Source: Camelus ferus (lineage: Eukaryota). Taken from it: DNA of 64,000 nt. A program made the position numbers and the translations under genes. Under the pieces are notes generated by a model, which searched no databases, was not told the DNA's origin, and worked only from the letters and a program-made list of their open reading frames with translations. The stretch lies in NCBI RefSeq assembly GCF_009834535.1, contig NC_045715.1, positions 5,208,001-5,272,000 on the forward strand. Reading direction: 5' to 3'. Shown here one piece after another: positions 61,230 to 64,000 of the stretch. The stretch's first letter is position 1, and each line of letters starts with the position of its first letter.

Positions 61230-63409
61230 GCACTCAGCTGAGGCAGAAGAAATTCTGTGCTGGGCCTCTTGGTGTAAAAGGCGGCCAGGAAGCCCGACCC
61301 AGGGAGGGTCAGAAAAGATTCTTGGAAGATAGGCCATTGCTGTGAACTTTGCAGACACCAATTCCTCTGAGTAATAAGAAATCATTGGACCAGGTAAGTT
61401 CAAAAAAGTGATGGCTTGAACAGATGGTGCTTTGGGTAAGAACAGGGGAAATATTTGGTACATTAGTCAAAACCTGAGAAAAAGCTCTGGGATAGAATCT
61501 ATGTCCTGAAAAGATCTGAACCAGCTCGTAGAGGGAGGAATGGGACCAGCAACCCCTCCTTGTGCACGACCCCAGCAGATCAGCACAGGTGCCCTTTGCA
61601 GTCGAGTTTTAAATTTACTCTATAGTACGCTGTAGTGTTGATCTTTTAAGATGAGTTTGGTGTTAATAGCTGGTGTTATAAATTGTGATGTTTTGATGAT
61701 GACGCTGGTGGAAACTGGCATTTCTGTAGAGCTTAGAGTTTGGAAAACACCTTCCCACGTGTTCCCTCATGAGGATTCAGCCCTGACCCCATCAGATGGT
61801 TGCGCGGGCAGGTTGCCTCTTAGAGGATGAAATGGGGCACAAATGGGTTTTGCCGACTCCGTATTATGCCTAAACTATTGTCTGCTGTGTTTCCCAAAAG
61901 TCGCCCTGATGACATGGGGACAGTCCCAAGATGAAGGTCAACTGCCAGGAAGAGACCCACCTTCCATCTCCCTCTCCTTAGCGTGGATGCGGACAGCTTG
62001 AGGATGCTTCTGTTTGGATAGCATACGAGAGATCTCTGTTGGGGGTGAAAATGTATCCACTGGAATTCAGGCCCTGCTACTTTGGCTTTCGAGGCCTTTC
62101 AGTGGAAAACCTCTGCAAACCTTCATTGATCCGCTGGCCCACCACTGCTCTGTTAGCAGCTTTTCTAGGGGAGAGGTGTGGAGGAGAAGAAAGACTAGAA
62201 ACAAATGACGCAAAAGGACTTATACTTAGTCACGTGTGGTGTCTTTGTCTGCGTACTTGGCCATTTTCTCCTGTGTCTCGTGCACACTAAGCTGTCCTCA
62301 TACTTGGAGGGTTAAGGCCGCCCTGAATAACTGTCAACCTTCGGTTGTCATGTGTAGCCGTGTGGTGGTAGCATGTCGCTCTTCATAACCTGAACTCATG
62401 CTCTTTGCTTTCATAGCACCTTTCTATTAACAGTGCAGCTTGGGGGCCTTTAGAGAATATTATTTGCACCTACATTTCCTATTTGGTTAAAGACATTCTT
62501 TGACTCTTCTTAATTCAGTTTTGTATACCTAGAAGTCAAAGTCAAAGAGCATCTCCTGAAAGCTAGCCAGAGGTTTTCTTCAGTGTCTGGAAGATGGTTT
62601 TGTTGGGTACGTGAGTTGGCCACACCTGCCCCTGCCAGTTTCGAAATTCCATGTTCTCCTCTGTATGTTTTGGCAGTTGTATTGCTTGGCAGTGAAAGTC
62701 TGTCTTCCGAGTATGTGACAATTTACACTCACGGTGCAGTCTTTTAGAAGACATTGAAAGTGAGAATTACCAGATTTCAAATTCAGTTCCTCCTGGGATA
62801 AGCAATGTCACAACTGACTCCTCTGTTTGCACACAAAGTGGCTTTTTTGTGATTTTTTTTTTAAGTTTGTCATATAACTCATCTTAAGTTCAGAATCCTT
62901 AGGGCGTGAAGACATGCATCTCTGAGTCAGTGGAGCAGGGTAGTGCTGCCCGAGAGCTGGTTTTTAAAACTTAGAAAGATTTCCTTGACGCCAACCAGAG
63001 GCCATGGCTGTAGAGTACCCAGGGACAATCCCAGACTGAATTATCGTTTAAACTAAATGTGTGACGAAGTTCATCAATTCTGACCTAAAGATAGAATATA
63101 ATTGTCCCAGGAGAGAAAAATAACTGTTGAACAAAAACAGAGTTTTCAGAACCTTTACTTTGATGCACTGCTCTGCACCATTCACAGAGATGGGGAACAC
63201 AGGGTTAAGTCAGGGCAGGGGGCGGGGACAAATCCAAGTCTGGACACGTCTGAGTCGCGGTTGGATGCCCAAGAGGCAGTGGCATAGGGGAGTGTTTAGG
63301 TCAATGGAATGAGCTGAACTATAGAGTTCTGGATACTGTGGCTATTTCAGATCATAGCTGAGCTACAGAAGTAAATGAGACAGCTTAGCTGTGTAAGAAT
63401 AGAAAAACC

Positions 63410-64000
63410 TAATTAACCCAGCACCGTTTATTGAAAATACTATCCTTTTTCCATGCACATCAGTGGCATTTTTGTCATAATTCAGGTGACCACATATGCG
63501 TGGGTCTGTGTCTGAGATCTTTATTTTGTTCCATGGGTTGGTTTTTCTCTTCTTGCACCACCTTATACTCTTAATTCTTTTAGCTTTGTAAGAAGTCTTG
63601 ATCTCTGGTGTGTGAGTTCTCCAGATTTGTTCTTCAAGATTTTCTTGGCTATTTATGGCCCTTTGCATTCCCAAATATATTGTAAAATCAGCATTTCAAT
63701 TTCCACAAAAGAAACTTGTTGGGCTTCTGATTGGAATGTCATTAAAATTTAGAGCTCAATTTGGGAAGAATTGCCGCTTAGTAATACTGAGTGTTCCAGT
63801 CCAAGAATATGTTTATCTAGGCTTTCTTTAATTTCTCTCAATAATATTTTACATTTTTTGGTATCCTGAATATTTTTCTTAGAATTATTCCAGGTATTGA
63901 GGTTTTTGGTATTATTAGCTTTTACAAATTCCAGTGTCTAATTGCTTTTTGCCCACATATAGAAATACAGTTGATTTTTATATATTGATCTTATGTCTAG
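63410..64000 (-). mobile_element. Old L1M ORF2 remnant (runs off the window end)
   Basis: Minus translation IKTSYKAKRIKSIRWCKKRKTNPWNKIKISDTDPRICGHLNYDK resembles L1 ORF2 FKLYYKATVTKTAWYW..IDQWNR..LIFDK. Confidence 0.85.

Larger units (their letters stand above)
58580..64000 (+). other. BMP6: BMP6 intron 2 (5' portion)
   Basis: Begins at the GT donor of exon 2. The exon-3 peptide (DSDLFLLDTR...) is not present before the window ends. Confidence 0.9.

Noticed and set aside
1-64000. CRISPR arrays, rRNA, snRNA/snoRNA retrocopies, processed pseudogenes, foreign or synthetic inserts
   Set aside because: I saw no regularly spaced repeats, no recognisable structural-RNA sequence, no mRNA-like ORF with poly-A and TSD, and no non-mammalian composition block. 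An Infernal/Rfam and BLAST run would be needed to exclude these formally.

Overview
Mammalian genomic DNA, probably camelid: it carries 8 copies of a tRNA-derived SINE matching the camelid vic-1 type. Five short N-gaps point to a short-read assembly. The window lies inside BMP6 on the + strand. The only coding sequence I can support is a 193-nt internal exon at 58387-58579 (AG/GT-bounded, prodomain [41 protein letters not shown]...EHQHR), equivalent to human exon 2. Positions 1-58386 are the 3' part of the very long first intron; 58580-64000 is the start of intron 2. Much of the rest is interspersed repeat: L1, L2, MIR, MaLR/ERVL LTRs, Tigger/MER DNA transposons and SINEs. The other ORFs in the track are spurious or decayed L1/L2 frames. 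I found no strong evidence for a new biological system. The best second-look items are: (1) two near-perfect convergent CTCF motifs (10698+, 31179-) bracketing CpG-rich enhancer-like elements; (2) NRF2/MAF ARE motifs, relevant to BMP6 iron sensing; (3) a TSD-flanked chimeric retro-insertion just downstream of exon 2 that pairs across the exon with an upstream L1; (4) a Tyr-to-Phe change in the conserved AEFRxYK prodomain motif; (5) the AATAAA plus oligo-T tail architecture of the SINE. Repeat subfamily names come from recalled consensus sequences, not a database run. Boundaries of old repeats are approximate.
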